From Oscillospiraceae bacterium (GTDB lineage: Bacteria; Bacillota; Clostridia; Oscillospirales; CAG-272), in assembly GCA_015063305.1 (NCBI GenBank), contig SVUJ01000007.1, positions 15,375 through 79,374 on the forward strand: DNA of 64,000 nucleotides, read 5' to 3'. Made by a program: the position numbers and the translations under genes. Positions within the stretch are counted from its first letter, which is position 1. Each line of letters opens with the position of its first letter. Shown in pieces: positions 9,485-18,852 of this stretch. The notes beneath the pieces are model-generated. The model was given only the letters and a program-made list of their open reading frames with translations. It searched no databases and had not been told where the DNA came from.

Positions 9485-11227
9485 ATGGAAACTATTAACG
9501 TTAAAATTAACGGCGTAGATTATGCCGTACCGAAGGGATCCACGGTTCTTGAGGCTGCAAAGTCTGCAAGTATAGACATTCCTACTCTGTGCTATCTCAA
9601 GGACATAAACGAGATCGGCGCTTGCCGTCTCTGCCTTGTTGAGGTATCCGAGGGTGGAAGACCCTATAGACTTGTAACAGCCTGCGTATATCCCGCTACC
9701 GAGGGTATGTCTATTCTGACAAACACCCCCAAGATAATGAAATCCAGAAAGACCAACCTTGAGCTCGTGCTCTCTACACACGAGAAAAAGTGTCTTTCCT
9801 GTATCCGCAGCACCACCTGCGAGCTTCAGAAGCTCTGCCTTGAGTACGGTGTTGACGAGAGCAAATTCAAGGGCGATAGAATCGGATATGCTATCGACGA
9901 CGCATCTCCCATTATCCGTGATAACAACAAGTGTATACTCTGCCGTCGCTGCGTAGCGGCTTGTAAGAACGTTCAGGGTATAGGTGTTATCGGAGCTAAC
10001 GACCGCGGATTTGACACTCATATCGCTTCTGCGTTCGAAATGCCCCTTGCTGAGACCTCTTGTATCAACTGCGGTCAGTGTATCGTATCCTGTCCTGTTG
10101 GCGCTATCTATGAGCGCGACGACACAGACAAGATAAGAGATGCTATAGCAGATCCCTCAAAGCACGTATTTATCTGTACCGCTCCTTCGGTACGCGCCCA
10201 GATCGGCGAGTGCTTCGGATACGAGCCCGGCACAGATTGCGAGGGCAAGATGGTAGCGGCTCTCAAGCGCCTCGGCTTTGACGGTGTTTACGATATGAAC
10301 CTCACCGCAGACCTCACCATCATGGAGGAGGCTACCGAGTTCCTCGGAAGAGTTAAGAACGGTGGCGTTCTTCCTATGATCACTTCCTGCTCACCCGGTT
10401 GGATCAAGTACTGCGAGCACTACTATCCTGAGTTCGTAGAGAACCTTTCTACCTGTAAATCTCCCCAGCAGATGTTCGGCGCAGTAGTAAAGACCTATTA
10501 CGCTGAAAAGATGGGTTGGGATCCTAAGGATATATTCTTCGTTTCGGCAATTCCTTGTACCGCTAAGAAGTTTGAGGTCGGAAGACCCAATCAGGCGGCT
10601 GCGGGCGTTCCTGACGTTGATGTTGCAGTCACCACCCGTGAGCTTGGCAGAATGATAAGCACAGCGGGAATCAACTTCAAGAAGCTTCCTGACGAGGAGT
10701 TCGACGTTCCGTTTGAGATCGGTTCGGGCGCGGGTGCTATCTTCGGAGCTACAGGCGGTGTTATGGAGGCTGCTCTCCGTACAGCTGCTGAGGTTATCGA
10801 GGGCAAGCCCCTTGAGTCGCTTGACTTCAACGAGGTTCGCGGAGTTGAGGGTGTTAAGATCGCATCCTACAAGCTCGGTGACGTTAACCTTAACGTTGCT
10901 GTCGCTTCGGGAACAAAGAACGCAAAGAAGGTTCTTGATGCTGTTAAGGCAGGAGAGCTTGACGTTCAGTTTATCGAGATCATGGCTTGTCCCGGCGGTT
11001 GCGTAAACGGCGGCGGTCAGCCTATCCAGCCTGCGGACGTAAGAATGTCTATGGATCTTCGCGCAGTTCGCGCAGCGGTTCTTTACAATGACGACGTAAA
11101 TTCTGATCTCAGAAAGTCGCACGAGAACTCTGCCGTTAAGAAGCTCTATGACGAGTACTTTGGAGAGCCCAACAGCCACAAGGCTCACGAGATCCTCCAT
11201 ACCACATACGTCAAGCGCGGTCTTTAA
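9485..11227 (+). CDS. hydA: [FeFe] hydrogenase catalytic subunit (HydA/HndD, M3-type F-cluster domain)
   Basis: N-terminal 2Fe-2S plus His-ligated 4Fe-4S plus 2x4Fe-4S motifs. H-domain motifs TSCSPGW, IPCTAKKFE, EIMACPGGCVNGGGQP. ATG 9485 preferred over GTG 9479 on RBS spacing. Confidence 0.92.
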   Translation: METINVKINGVDYAVPKGSTVLEAAKSASIDIPTLCYLKDINEIGACRLCLVEVSEGGRPYRLVTACVYPATEGMSILTNTPKIMKSRKTNLELVLSTHEKKCLSCIRSTTCELQKLCLEYGVDESKFKGDRIGYAIDDASPIIRDNNKCILCRRCVAACKNVQGIGVIGANDRGFDTHIASAFEMPLAETSCINCGQCIVSCPVGAIYERDDTDKIRDAIADPSKHVFICTAPSVRAQIGECFGYEPGTDCEGKMVAALKRLGFDGVYDMNLTADLTIMEEATEFLGRVKNGGVLPMITSCSPGWIKYCEHYYPEFVENLSTCKSPQQMFGAVVKTYYAEKMGWDPKDIFFVSAIPCTAKKFEVGRPNQAAAGVPDVDVAVTTRELGRMISTAGINFKKLPDEEFDVPFEIGSGAGAIFGATGGVMEAALRTAAEVIEGKPLESLDFNEVRGVEGVKIASYKLGDVNLNVAVASGTKNAKKVLDAVKAGELDVQFIEIMACPGGCVNGGGQPIQPADVRMSMDLRAVRAAVLYNDDVNSDLRKSHENSAVKKLYDEYFGEPNSHKAHEILHTTYVKRGL

Positions 11228-11240
11228 TAAATAAAAAACT

Positions 11241-11277
11241 ACGGGCGGAACACTTGGTGTTCCGCCCGTGATTTTGT
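11241..11277. terminator. bidirectional rho-independent terminator
   Basis: ACGGGCGGAACAC-TTGG-TGTTCCGCCCGT stem, with a T-run on the + strand and an A-run upstream. Confidence 0.8.
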
Positions 11278-11280
11278 TTA

Positions 11281-12894
11281 TTAGTTGTTCTTTATCTTAT
11301 TCATTATACTTTCATAGGAAAGACCGTACTTGTCGGCTATATCGCGCGCGTAGCTCTTTCCGTCGGGACGCGCCCTTACTATCTTAAAGGAGCGTTTACC
11401 CTCTTCAATACCCGCTACAAGAGTGTCTATAGTCGAACCGCCTTCGGGCGCGGTACGCGCATTTATCTCATCTATCTCAGAGGCAAGCTCGTGAAGGTGA
11501 GTTGAGAACAGACAGCGGCAGCCTACACAGCTAAGTCCCGCAAGTATCTCCGCCGCAATATACGAGGCTTCAAAAGAGCCTGTTGAGGAAAGTGATTCGT
11601 CAAGGAGAACAAGGCTGTGCTTTGTAACGCAGTCAAAAATCTCTCCAAGTCTTGCACACTCCTCACCCAAGCGACCCTTGTCGATAGTGTCGTCAGCGCC
11701 TGTGGGGAAGTGGGTGTATATTCCGTCGGCAACGCTTATACGAGCCGAAGCCGCGGGAACAAACATTCCAAGCTGAGTGAGCGCCTGAGCTATACCTATA
11801 GCGCAGGTTATTACCGACTTACCGCCTCGGTTAGGTCCTGTGAGAACGTATATAAGCGCGTTTTCTGTGTTGAAAACAACGTCGTTTGCAACTATCTCGT
11901 CATCGACCTTAAGAGCAACGCAAGGGTTATAAAGGTCGTTTGCGACGAAGCAACGCTCGTCGGTGTCGGCGATATCGGCTACGCACAGAGGACAGCCTCT
12001 CTCGCGAAGACGGCGCATAAACTCGGTCGCCTTTACAAGGAACTCTATCTCGGGCATAAGGTTCAGCAGGAAATCGGTGTTTTCAAGAACGTAGGTCTGC
12101 ACGATCTTTTTCCAGGAGCGCAGAGATTGCTTATACACATCGTTTATCGCGGAGTTGAAGGCAAGAGCGAGAGCGGTCTTCTGATTTTCCGATTGCTTCT
12201 TACCAAAGGGAACGAGCTCTGCGATGCAGGTATATTCGTCGTCCTTGAAATTAAGGCGTAGTATTTTTTCGATAACGTCGCCCGAGCGGAAGGGCTCGGA
12301 GTTTATAGAGAGAACTCCCGCGCTTGAGGGACGAAGCTGAGAATCGAGATTTACGCCGATGGTGACACTCTTTATCTCGCGCACTCTGTTCGTAAGCTCG
12401 GCGAGCTTAGCGTTAAGCTCCTTATAGTAGTCGCTCGTGGCAAGCTCGTTGATCCTGTTGGCAAGAGCTATGAGCGAGCGGCTGGTCAGTCTTGAACGGA
12501 CAGCTCCAAAGCCCTCGGCAAGCGTTTCGATACAGGATATATACAGCTCTATCTCGGTTATACTTTCAAGATAAGACGAGGTATCTCCTATCTCGTTATC
12601 AAGGCGTCTTAGCTCAAGAATATCTGTGAGTATGGGTATAAGGCGGTTGAGTGTCCTTGATATCTCGGGACATTCAAGCATATCCCCAAAGACCTCGTTG
12701 CGGTATTTTATAACATCTGTATCGGTGGTAAAATATTCGTCCAGATCGCTGTTCTTAAGGCTGAAAAGCTCAAGGAGTCCCAGCTCCTCAAGGGTGAACA
12801 TATTTATATTTGGCATATCGTCGCCGCTGTAGTGACGGCGTTGCGACTCGCCATCGGGAAATATAAGGCTGAAGGCCGAAAGATCCTGATTCAT
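11281..12894 (-). CDS. MutS-family ATPase (domain V only; no recognisable mismatch-binding N-domain)
   Basis: Walker A GPNRGGKSV, Walker B LVLLDESLSSTGS, STHLHEL motif. Confidence 0.8.
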   Translation of the reverse strand: MNQDLSAFSLIFPDGESQRRHYSGDDMPNINMFTLEELGLLELFSLKNSDLDEYFTTDTDVIKYRNEVFGDMLECPEISRTLNRLIPILTDILELRRLDNEIGDTSSYLESITEIELYISCIETLAEGFGAVRSRLTSRSLIALANRINELATSDYYKELNAKLAELTNRVREIKSVTIGVNLDSQLRPSSAGVLSINSEPFRSGDVIEKILRLNFKDDEYTCIAELVPFGKKQSENQKTALALAFNSAINDVYKQSLRSWKKIVQTYVLENTDFLLNLMPEIEFLVKATEFMRRLRERGCPLCVADIADTDERCFVANDLYNPCVALKVDDEIVANDVVFNTENALIYVLTGPNRGGKSVITCAIGIAQALTQLGMFVPAASARISVADGIYTHFPTGADDTIDKGRLGEECARLGEIFDCVTKHSLVLLDESLSSTGSFEASYIAAEILAGLSCVGCRCLFSTHLHELASEIDEINARTAPEGGSTIDTLVAGIEEGKRSFKIVRARPDGKSYARDIADKYGLSYESIMNKIKNN

Positions 12895-12928
12895 ATATTT
12901 ATTCTACCTTTCTCGGATATTTCTCTAA

Positions 12929-13204
12929 TCAGAGCAGGATGAAAAGCGCAATAACAGCAGCCGCCTGAAGAAGGATTATCAGCGGTATTCCAAGCATAAA
13001 TTTCACGTGCTTGGTCTTGTGGCGAATGATAAGCATGGTAGCCAGCATAGCTACCGAGCCGCCGAGAGCCGACAGCAAAAGCAGAGTTGACTCGCGGGTG
13101 CGGTGCTTTGTCATATGCTTTGCCGCGATTTTATCATAGCAACATACGATTATTGAAATTATAGATATTGCAACTATGTAAGCGAGAGCAATTTTATATA
13201 TCAT
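12929..13204 (-). CDS. DUF1294 family membrane protein
   Basis: Contains YDKIAAKH..HRTRESTLLLLSALGGSVAMLATMLIIRHKTKH. ATG 13204 with an AAAGGAA RBS. Confidence 0.75.
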   Translation of the reverse strand: MIYKIALAYIVAISIISIIVCCYDKIAAKHMTKHRTRESTLLLLSALGGSVAMLATMLIIRHKTKHVKFMLGIPLIILLQAAAVIALFILL

Positions 13205-13258
13205 AATTATTCCTTTCAAGGCAGACGCCACGCGGCATCTGCCTTATAAAGCTAAAAA

Positions 13259-14917
13259 TTACTGTTTTTTGGGAAAGCTGTCTTTAAGACCGACAACTCG
13301 GTTAAACGTGTTCTCGTGCTTTGTGTCCTTGCAGAAATATCCGTTGCGGACAAACTGGAACTTGTCGCCGGGAAGCGCCTCGGAGAGCGCGGGCTCGACC
13401 TTGGCGTTATTTATCACCGTCAAGGAATCGGGATTGAGATAATCGTTGTAGGTCTTATCCTCGGGGATAGCGTTCACGTTCTCTATGGTGAAGAGCTTAT
13501 CATAGAGCATAAGAGTAGCGTCCTTCGCGTAGGGAACAGAAAGCCAATGGATAGTACCCTTTATCTTTCTTCCGTCAACGGGATTGCCGTTTCGGGTCTC
13601 AAGATCTGCGGTGCAGTGTATCTCACGAATGCTTCCGTCCTCGTTCTTTATCAGTTCGCCAAACTTGATTATATAAGCGCCCATCAGACGGACCTCTCCG
13701 TCGGGCTTAAGTCTGAAGAACTTTGGAGGGGGAACTTCGGCAAAGTCAGAGGAATCTATATAGATCTCACGGGTGAAGGGAATAGCTCTTGTTCCTGCCT
13801 CGGGGTCTTGAGGATTGTTGGGAAGCTCGAAATACTCGGTCTTGTCCTCGGGATAGTTTGTGATAACTACCTTTATGGGCGACTCGATAGCTATTCTTCT
13901 GGGAGCGCATCTGTTCAGCTCCTCGCGGATAGAATGCTCAAGCATATCGATATCAACAAGGCTGTTTGCCTTTGAAATACCCGCGGATCTTACGAAATTG
14001 AATATCGAGGTAGGTGTATATCCTCTTCTGCGGAGAGCGCAGATGGTGGGAAGACGGGGATCGTCCCAGCCGTCTACCATATCGTTCTCAACCAAGTAGC
14101 GAAGATATCTCTTGGACATAACGGTATTCGTTACGTTAAGTCTTGCAAATTCTCTCTGCTTGGGCTTGGGGTCAAAGCCGATATTGTCTATTACCCACTC
14201 GTAAAGAGGTCTGTGGTTCTCGAATTCAAGAGAGCACAGAGAGTAGGTTATACCCTCCAGAGCGTCCTGTATCGGGTGCGCGTAGTCGTAAAGGGGGTAT
14301 ATGCACCACTTGTCACCCTGACGGTGATGCGAGGTGTGGACTATACGGTATATGGCGGGGTCGCGCATATTGAGGTTGGAGGACGCCATATCTATCTTTG
14401 CGCGCAGGGTTTTAGCGCCGTCGGGAAATTCTCCGTTCTTCATACGTTCAAAGAGGTCAAGGTTTTCCTCAATGCTTCTGTCGCGGTAAGGACTGTTCTT
14501 GCCGGGCTCGGTAAGTGTTCCTCTGTATTCTCTCATCTGCTCGGCGCTCAGGTCGCAAACGTACGCCTTGCCGTCCTTTATGAGCTTTACGGCAAATTCG
14601 TAGCACTTGTCAAAGTAGTCAGAGCCGTAGAACACACCGCCGTCGGGAGTAGCGCCGAGCCAGTTAAGGTCATTGTATATAGCCTCAACGTATTCGTTGT
14701 CTTCCTTTGCGGGGTTGGTGTCGTCATATCTGAGATTGAATTTTCCGCCGTATTTTTTAGCCGTTTCATAGTTTATGAGTATTGCCTTTGCGCTTCCGAT
14801 ATGAAGATATCCGTTAGGCTCGGGCGGAAAACGTGTGTGTATCTTTATATTGGGGTCTTCTCTGAGATCGGCATCTATGATGTCGTGAATAAAATTACCT
14901 GCGATCATTTCTTCCAT
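13259..14917 (-). CDS. glnS: glutamine--tRNA ligase
   Basis: PPEPNGYLHIGSAKA (HIGH) and VMSKR (KMSKS). Length is 552 aa. Confidence 0.95.
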   Translation of the reverse strand: MEEMIAGNFIHDIIDADLREDPNIKIHTRFPPEPNGYLHIGSAKAILINYETAKKYGGKFNLRYDDTNPAKEDNEYVEAIYNDLNWLGATPDGGVFYGSDYFDKCYEFAVKLIKDGKAYVCDLSAEQMREYRGTLTEPGKNSPYRDRSIEENLDLFERMKNGEFPDGAKTLRAKIDMASSNLNMRDPAIYRIVHTSHHRQGDKWCIYPLYDYAHPIQDALEGITYSLCSLEFENHRPLYEWVIDNIGFDPKPKQREFARLNVTNTVMSKRYLRYLVENDMVDGWDDPRLPTICALRRRGYTPTSIFNFVRSAGISKANSLVDIDMLEHSIREELNRCAPRRIAIESPIKVVITNYPEDKTEYFELPNNPQDPEAGTRAIPFTREIYIDSSDFAEVPPPKFFRLKPDGEVRLMGAYIIKFGELIKNEDGSIREIHCTADLETRNGNPVDGRKIKGTIHWLSVPYAKDATLMLYDKLFTIENVNAIPEDKTYNDYLNPDSLTVINNAKVEPALSEALPGDKFQFVRNGYFCKDTKHENTFNRVVGLKDSFPKKQ

Positions 14918-14940
14918 AAGCTTGTACTATCCTTTATCTA

Positions 14941-16626
14941 TCAAAGTTTTTCAACCATTTTTAAAATTCGCTCCTCGACCTTGTCCTTGCCGAGTATCTG
15001 CATAACAGAATACATGTCGGGAGAGTTTATCTTTCCCGTCACGGCAAGGCGCAGGAACATACTGACGTCTGCCACGTTGCCCTTGAAGGCATCGGGAGAA
15101 GCCTTGTAAGACTTCATATCCGAGGTGTATCCGTTTTTCTCGGCTATAGCCTTGATCTTATCGAACCATACGTTCATATCGTCATTCACATCATAGCCCG
15201 ATATGAAGTCTTTAAGTACCGACTTGATATCCTCTCTGGGGAATTTCTCGGGATATTCTGCCTCGATCTCAAAATATTCGTCAAAGAAGAATCCCATATA
15301 GGGCTTCGCGTCGCGCCAGGTCGCAAGGTCCTTTCTCGGCTTCTTTCCGCCTCTGCCGATAGAGAATATCTCTCTTGCCATAGAGCGGTTATTAGAGAGT
15401 ATCTCACCGAAGGGACGGTCGTATTCAAGCGCCCAAGCGGTGACGGCATCGGTCACGGTATCAGCGTCCATACGCGAGATAACGTTCTTGGATACGTCGG
15501 AGAGCTTAGCAAAGTCAAACAGACAGCCCGAGACCGACATCTTTTTGATGTTGAAGGGAAACTCGGTGTAAGCCTTGTCGGGATTTTGCATTCTCCACTC
15601 CTCGTAGTTCGAGTTGAGAAGAGTCATAACGTATTCGCACACCGCCTCGGGACAGTATCCCATCTCGGTGTAGTCGTCCATATTCGCACCCATATCTCTC
15701 TTGGAGAGCTTCTTCTTGTTTCCGTTCTCGTCAAGGCGCATGATCTGAGCTATGTGCAGATATTTAGGTGTCTTGAAACCGAGGTATCTGAAAAGCTGAA
15801 GATGCTTTGCAAGGCTGGGCAGCCACTCCTCGCCTCGGATAACGTGCGTAGTGCCCATAAGGTGATCGTCTACCGCGTGAGCAAAGTGGTAGGTGGGGAT
15901 TCCGTCGGATTTGAGAAGCACAAAGTCTTCGTCATTCTCAGGTATTTCCATATTGCCCTTAACAAGGTCGGTGAATTTTATCTTTCTTTCGGGGTTACCG
16001 TCAGCAAGAATTCTGAGCACGAAGGGGTTGCCTGCGGCAAGGTTCGCCTCGACCTCGTCCATAGTTATCTCCCTCGCCTTCAGCATCTCTGCGCGTCGCG
16101 CCTGGGCCTCAGCCTGCCAGTCGGTGTTCTTTATCTCTTCTTTTTTGTTTACAGAAAGGATCTCCTCAAGCTCCTGCGCGTCGGTGAAGCAGGGGTAAGC
16201 CTTGCCCTCGCGAACGAGCTGCTTTGCGTATACGTGATATATAGGACCGCGTACACTCTGCTTGTAAGGACCGTAAACACCCTTGTCGGTAACCTTTCCG
16301 TCATCTCCGAGTACCGCACCCTCGTCAAAATTTATTCCGTATCTCGAAAGGGTCTTGATAAGACCCTCAGCCGCACCCGCTACCTCGCGGCGCGCATCGG
16401 TATCTTCTATTCTGAGGAAGAGAACTCCGCCGCTCTGATGAGCAAGTCTTTCGGCAACGGTGGTAGGGAACAGACCGCCAAAGTGAACGAATCCCGTGGG
16501 GCTCGGCGCAAATCTCGTTACCTTCGCACCCTCGGGGAGCTGTCTTGAGGGGTAAAGCGCTTCCATATCTGCGGGGGTCTTTGTTACGTTCGGAAAGAGA
16601 AGTTCCGCAAGTTTATTGTAGTCCAT
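14941..16626 (-). CDS. gltX: glutamate--tRNA ligase
   Basis: FAPSPTGFVHFGG (HIGH-like) and KLSKRD (KMSKS). Confidence 0.93.
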   Translation of the reverse strand: MDYNKLAELLFPNVTKTPADMEALYPSRQLPEGAKVTRFAPSPTGFVHFGGLFPTTVAERLAHQSGGVLFLRIEDTDARREVAGAAEGLIKTLSRYGINFDEGAVLGDDGKVTDKGVYGPYKQSVRGPIYHVYAKQLVREGKAYPCFTDAQELEEILSVNKKEEIKNTDWQAEAQARRAEMLKAREITMDEVEANLAAGNPFVLRILADGNPERKIKFTDLVKGNMEIPENDEDFVLLKSDGIPTYHFAHAVDDHLMGTTHVIRGEEWLPSLAKHLQLFRYLGFKTPKYLHIAQIMRLDENGNKKKLSKRDMGANMDDYTEMGYCPEAVCEYVMTLLNSNYEEWRMQNPDKAYTEFPFNIKKMSVSGCLFDFAKLSDVSKNVISRMDADTVTDAVTAWALEYDRPFGEILSNNRSMAREIFSIGRGGKKPRKDLATWRDAKPYMGFFFDEYFEIEAEYPEKFPREDIKSVLKDFISGYDVNDDMNVWFDKIKAIAEKNGYTSDMKSYKASPDAFKGNVADVSMFLRLAVTGKINSPDMYSVMQILGKDKVEERILKMVEKL

Positions 16627-16649
16627 ATTTTTATCCTTTCATCGGTAGG

Positions 16650-17270
16650 TTAATTTCTTGTAAGATAAGCCGCGTTGTCAAGGGCATAACCCAGACGGGT
16701 AGATTGCCCGTGACCGGGGTATATAGTTATTTTAGGGTCATATTTTCTAAGAGTTTCGAGTGAGCGCAAAAGGTCTGCGTAATCTCCGCCCCAAAGGTCG
16801 TATCGACCTATGCTGTTTGCGAAGATCGTGTCACCCGTGATCATTATGTCCCCGCACAGATAGCATACCGAGCCTTTTGAGTGCCCGGGGGTGTGGATAA
16901 CCCTTATGACCTCATCGCCAACGGTTATTTCAGCGCCGTTTTCAAGTAAGATGTCGGCAGGTCTGTATTTTCGATCTCTGCCAAAGAAGGAGTAGAAAGC
17001 GTTTTTGTTTCCGTCACCCAGCATCTCGTCGTCCTCTTTGTGGATCATAACGGGAGCGCCTACGTCATCGCGCAGCTTGTCCAAGGATACGATATGGTCA
17101 AAGTGACCGTGAGTGAGCAGAATTGCCTTGATTTTCACATTTTCTTTTTCGGCAAGGTCGATCATCGCGGCACTTGAAGCCGAGGGATCGACTATCACAG
17201 CCTCGCCGCCCGAGATAAGGGCGTAACAGTTAGAGGCAAAAGAGTTGGGAGCTATACTAATAATTTTCAA
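16650..17270 (-). CDS. MBL-fold metallo-hydrolase (glyoxalase II-like)
   Basis: LLTHGHFDH motif and HTPGHSKGS. First gene of the gltX-glnS operon. Confidence 0.88.
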   Translation of the reverse strand: MKIISIAPNSFASNCYALISGGEAVIVDPSASSAAMIDLAEKENVKIKAILLTHGHFDHIVSLDKLRDDVGAPVMIHKEDDEMLGDGNKNAFYSFFGRDRKYRPADILLENGAEITVGDEVIRVIHTPGHSKGSVCYLCGDIMITGDTIFANSIGRYDLWGGDYADLLRSLETLRKYDPKITIYPGHGQSTRLGYALDNAAYLTRN

Positions 17271-17426
17271 AATATGATCCTCAAAAATGAATATTACATT
17301 ATATTATATCACAATCGCCCTCTAAAGTCTATAGTTTTAAGGAAATTTATCTCTGTACTTGCAAAAAAAACTTTCATCTGTTATAATAAAAAACGGTATA
17401 TAAAACGTATTTTTGTAGGTGATAAA

Positions 17427-18500
17427 ATGAAAGATACAGCTAAGAAAATATATGGATATATAGCGGACGAAATTATATCCGACCGCTTTGCGTGTCCCTG
17501 TGCCAAGGTGGATATATACACAAATCCCGCGCAGCTTTTACTTGACGGACAGAAGGATAGAATGGCTCGCATTTGCTCGGACAGTAAGGAGTTTCGATAT
17601 AACAAGATGTCGGATTACGAGCGCTTCCGCGCCTTTGTTGACGCTCTGCCCAAAATGGCGTGGAGCGGAGCATACGAGCTCTTTTTTGAGGAGCTCTCCC
17701 TGTTTTTTGACTGTGAGATTACAGGCGCTATAGATGTTCGCGAACTCTGGAAGGCTCTCTGCGAGAAAATGTCGGAAACGATACTCGACCTTGACGCTAT
17801 ATTAAAAAAGTGCTCTGTCGCGGTCTGCAAAAACAATTATTTGCCAATCATCTGCAAGGGTGGGGATTATTCCGCGCTTGTGGATAAAAATCTTAAAAAT
17901 CTTGCGGATATCTCCGACGGTATCGCCGCGATTGATATTTCAGAGATAGAATTCTCGGTTACCGATAGATATCACGCCGATATGGCGTGCCGCGCTTATA
18001 GCGAGGGCGATGAGAGCCAAAAGGATATTATAATGTCGGCGCTTCTTTACAGTATATGCGAGTTTGCAAAGAAATCAGATATCACTCTGTATCTGTATAT
18101 AGGAGATAATTATACTTCAGCAAGCGCTATTATTTCGTACTTTGAGGGTAGAGGAATACTGCCGAATATAAGAATTTTTGCCTCGGATAGCATCTGTTAT
18201 CGCGTGGCAAAGGAGCTTTGCGGTGTGTATGATATCGGCTCTTCGGAAATAAGGATAGACCTCGGTCTTGTCTACGCTGAGGGCGACACGGTAAAGAGTA
18301 TCGCCGATAAGGTGAAAAATATTGCGCGAGTATATCCTGTGGGCGAGCTGGCAATAGGCGGCTCACGAAGTAGTTCTCCCGTCTTTGCGGCGGCAGACGC
18401 GCTTTTGAAGAAGGGAATAGCCGAGGCTCTTGCCGAGATGTGCGACAACGAGGAACAAGCTATGCTTTGCGCTGATAGTATAATAAAAAACAGCAAGTGA
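17427..18500 (+). CDS. glucuronate isomerase (UxaC)-like protein, apparently degenerate
   Basis: ATG 17427. By eye, SDYERFRAFVDALPK...ELFFEELSLFF resembles UxaC SDxEKFxAWAxTVP...HWTHLEL. The N-terminal HxH position reads IYT. Confidence 0.4.
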   Translation: MKDTAKKIYGYIADEIISDRFACPCAKVDIYTNPAQLLLDGQKDRMARICSDSKEFRYNKMSDYERFRAFVDALPKMAWSGAYELFFEELSLFFDCEITGAIDVRELWKALCEKMSETILDLDAILKKCSVAVCKNNYLPIICKGGDYSALVDKNLKNLADISDGIAAIDISEIEFSVTDRYHADMACRAYSEGDESQKDIIMSALLYSICEFAKKSDITLYLYIGDNYTSASAIISYFEGRGILPNIRIFASDSICYRVAKELCGVYDIGSSEIRIDLGLVYAEGDTVKSIADKVKNIARVYPVGELAIGGSRSSSPVFAAADALLKKGIAEALAEMCDNEEQAMLCADSIIKNSK

Positions 18501-18616
18501 ATGGCGTAGTTTCTTAAGGACAGTTTGCAAAATTAACTATGAAAAGGAAAATAAATTCATATAAGCAACAAAAAAGGAACCGTTTCGGTGTAGGGCGGGT
18601 CCTTTTTCATATTGAA

Positions 18617-18820
18617 TTATAACCCAAGTAGTTCTTTTCTCTTTACGTCAAATTCTTCTTGAGATATTACACCTAAATCAAGAAGTTTTTTAAATTTCTT
18701 TGATTCTTCCGCCGGAGATACTTGTTGTACAACCCCGCCAACAGGTGCATTTTTGATTTCATCAATTTGTTTTTTAATAAAGGCAACAATATCACAGTTT
18801 TTGCGGTTTGTAAATATGTT
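18617..18820 (-). pseudogene. C-terminal remnant of a SHOCT-domain gene (no start codon)
   Basis: Manual translation ends ...SKKFKKLLDLGVISQEEFDVKRKELLGL*. The 67 in-frame codons are bounded upstream by TAA and contain no ATG, GTG or TTG. Confidence 0.6.
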
Positions 18821-18852
18821 TTATACAATTACCTTTTGGGGGGTATAAAAAG

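Noticed and set aside
7679-10021. 780-aa ORF on the minus strand
   Set aside because: It lies entirely antisense to the well-supported nuoF-like and hydA genes. Its composition is low-complexity (S/L/R/T-rich), and it has no RBS and no recognisable motifs. It is a shadow ORF.
14213-15109. 298-aa plus-strand ORF, plus the similar 15586-16548, 13316-13975, 57605-58600, 27430-28434 and 28459-29262 ORFs
   Set aside because: All lie antisense within strongly supported genes (glnS, gltX, tyrS, flavoenzyme) and have shadow-ORF composition.
13259-16626. Co-occurrence of GlnRS and GluRS as unusual
   Set aside because: Many Clostridia encode a bona fide GlnRS. Both genes look intact and the adjacency is not remarkable.
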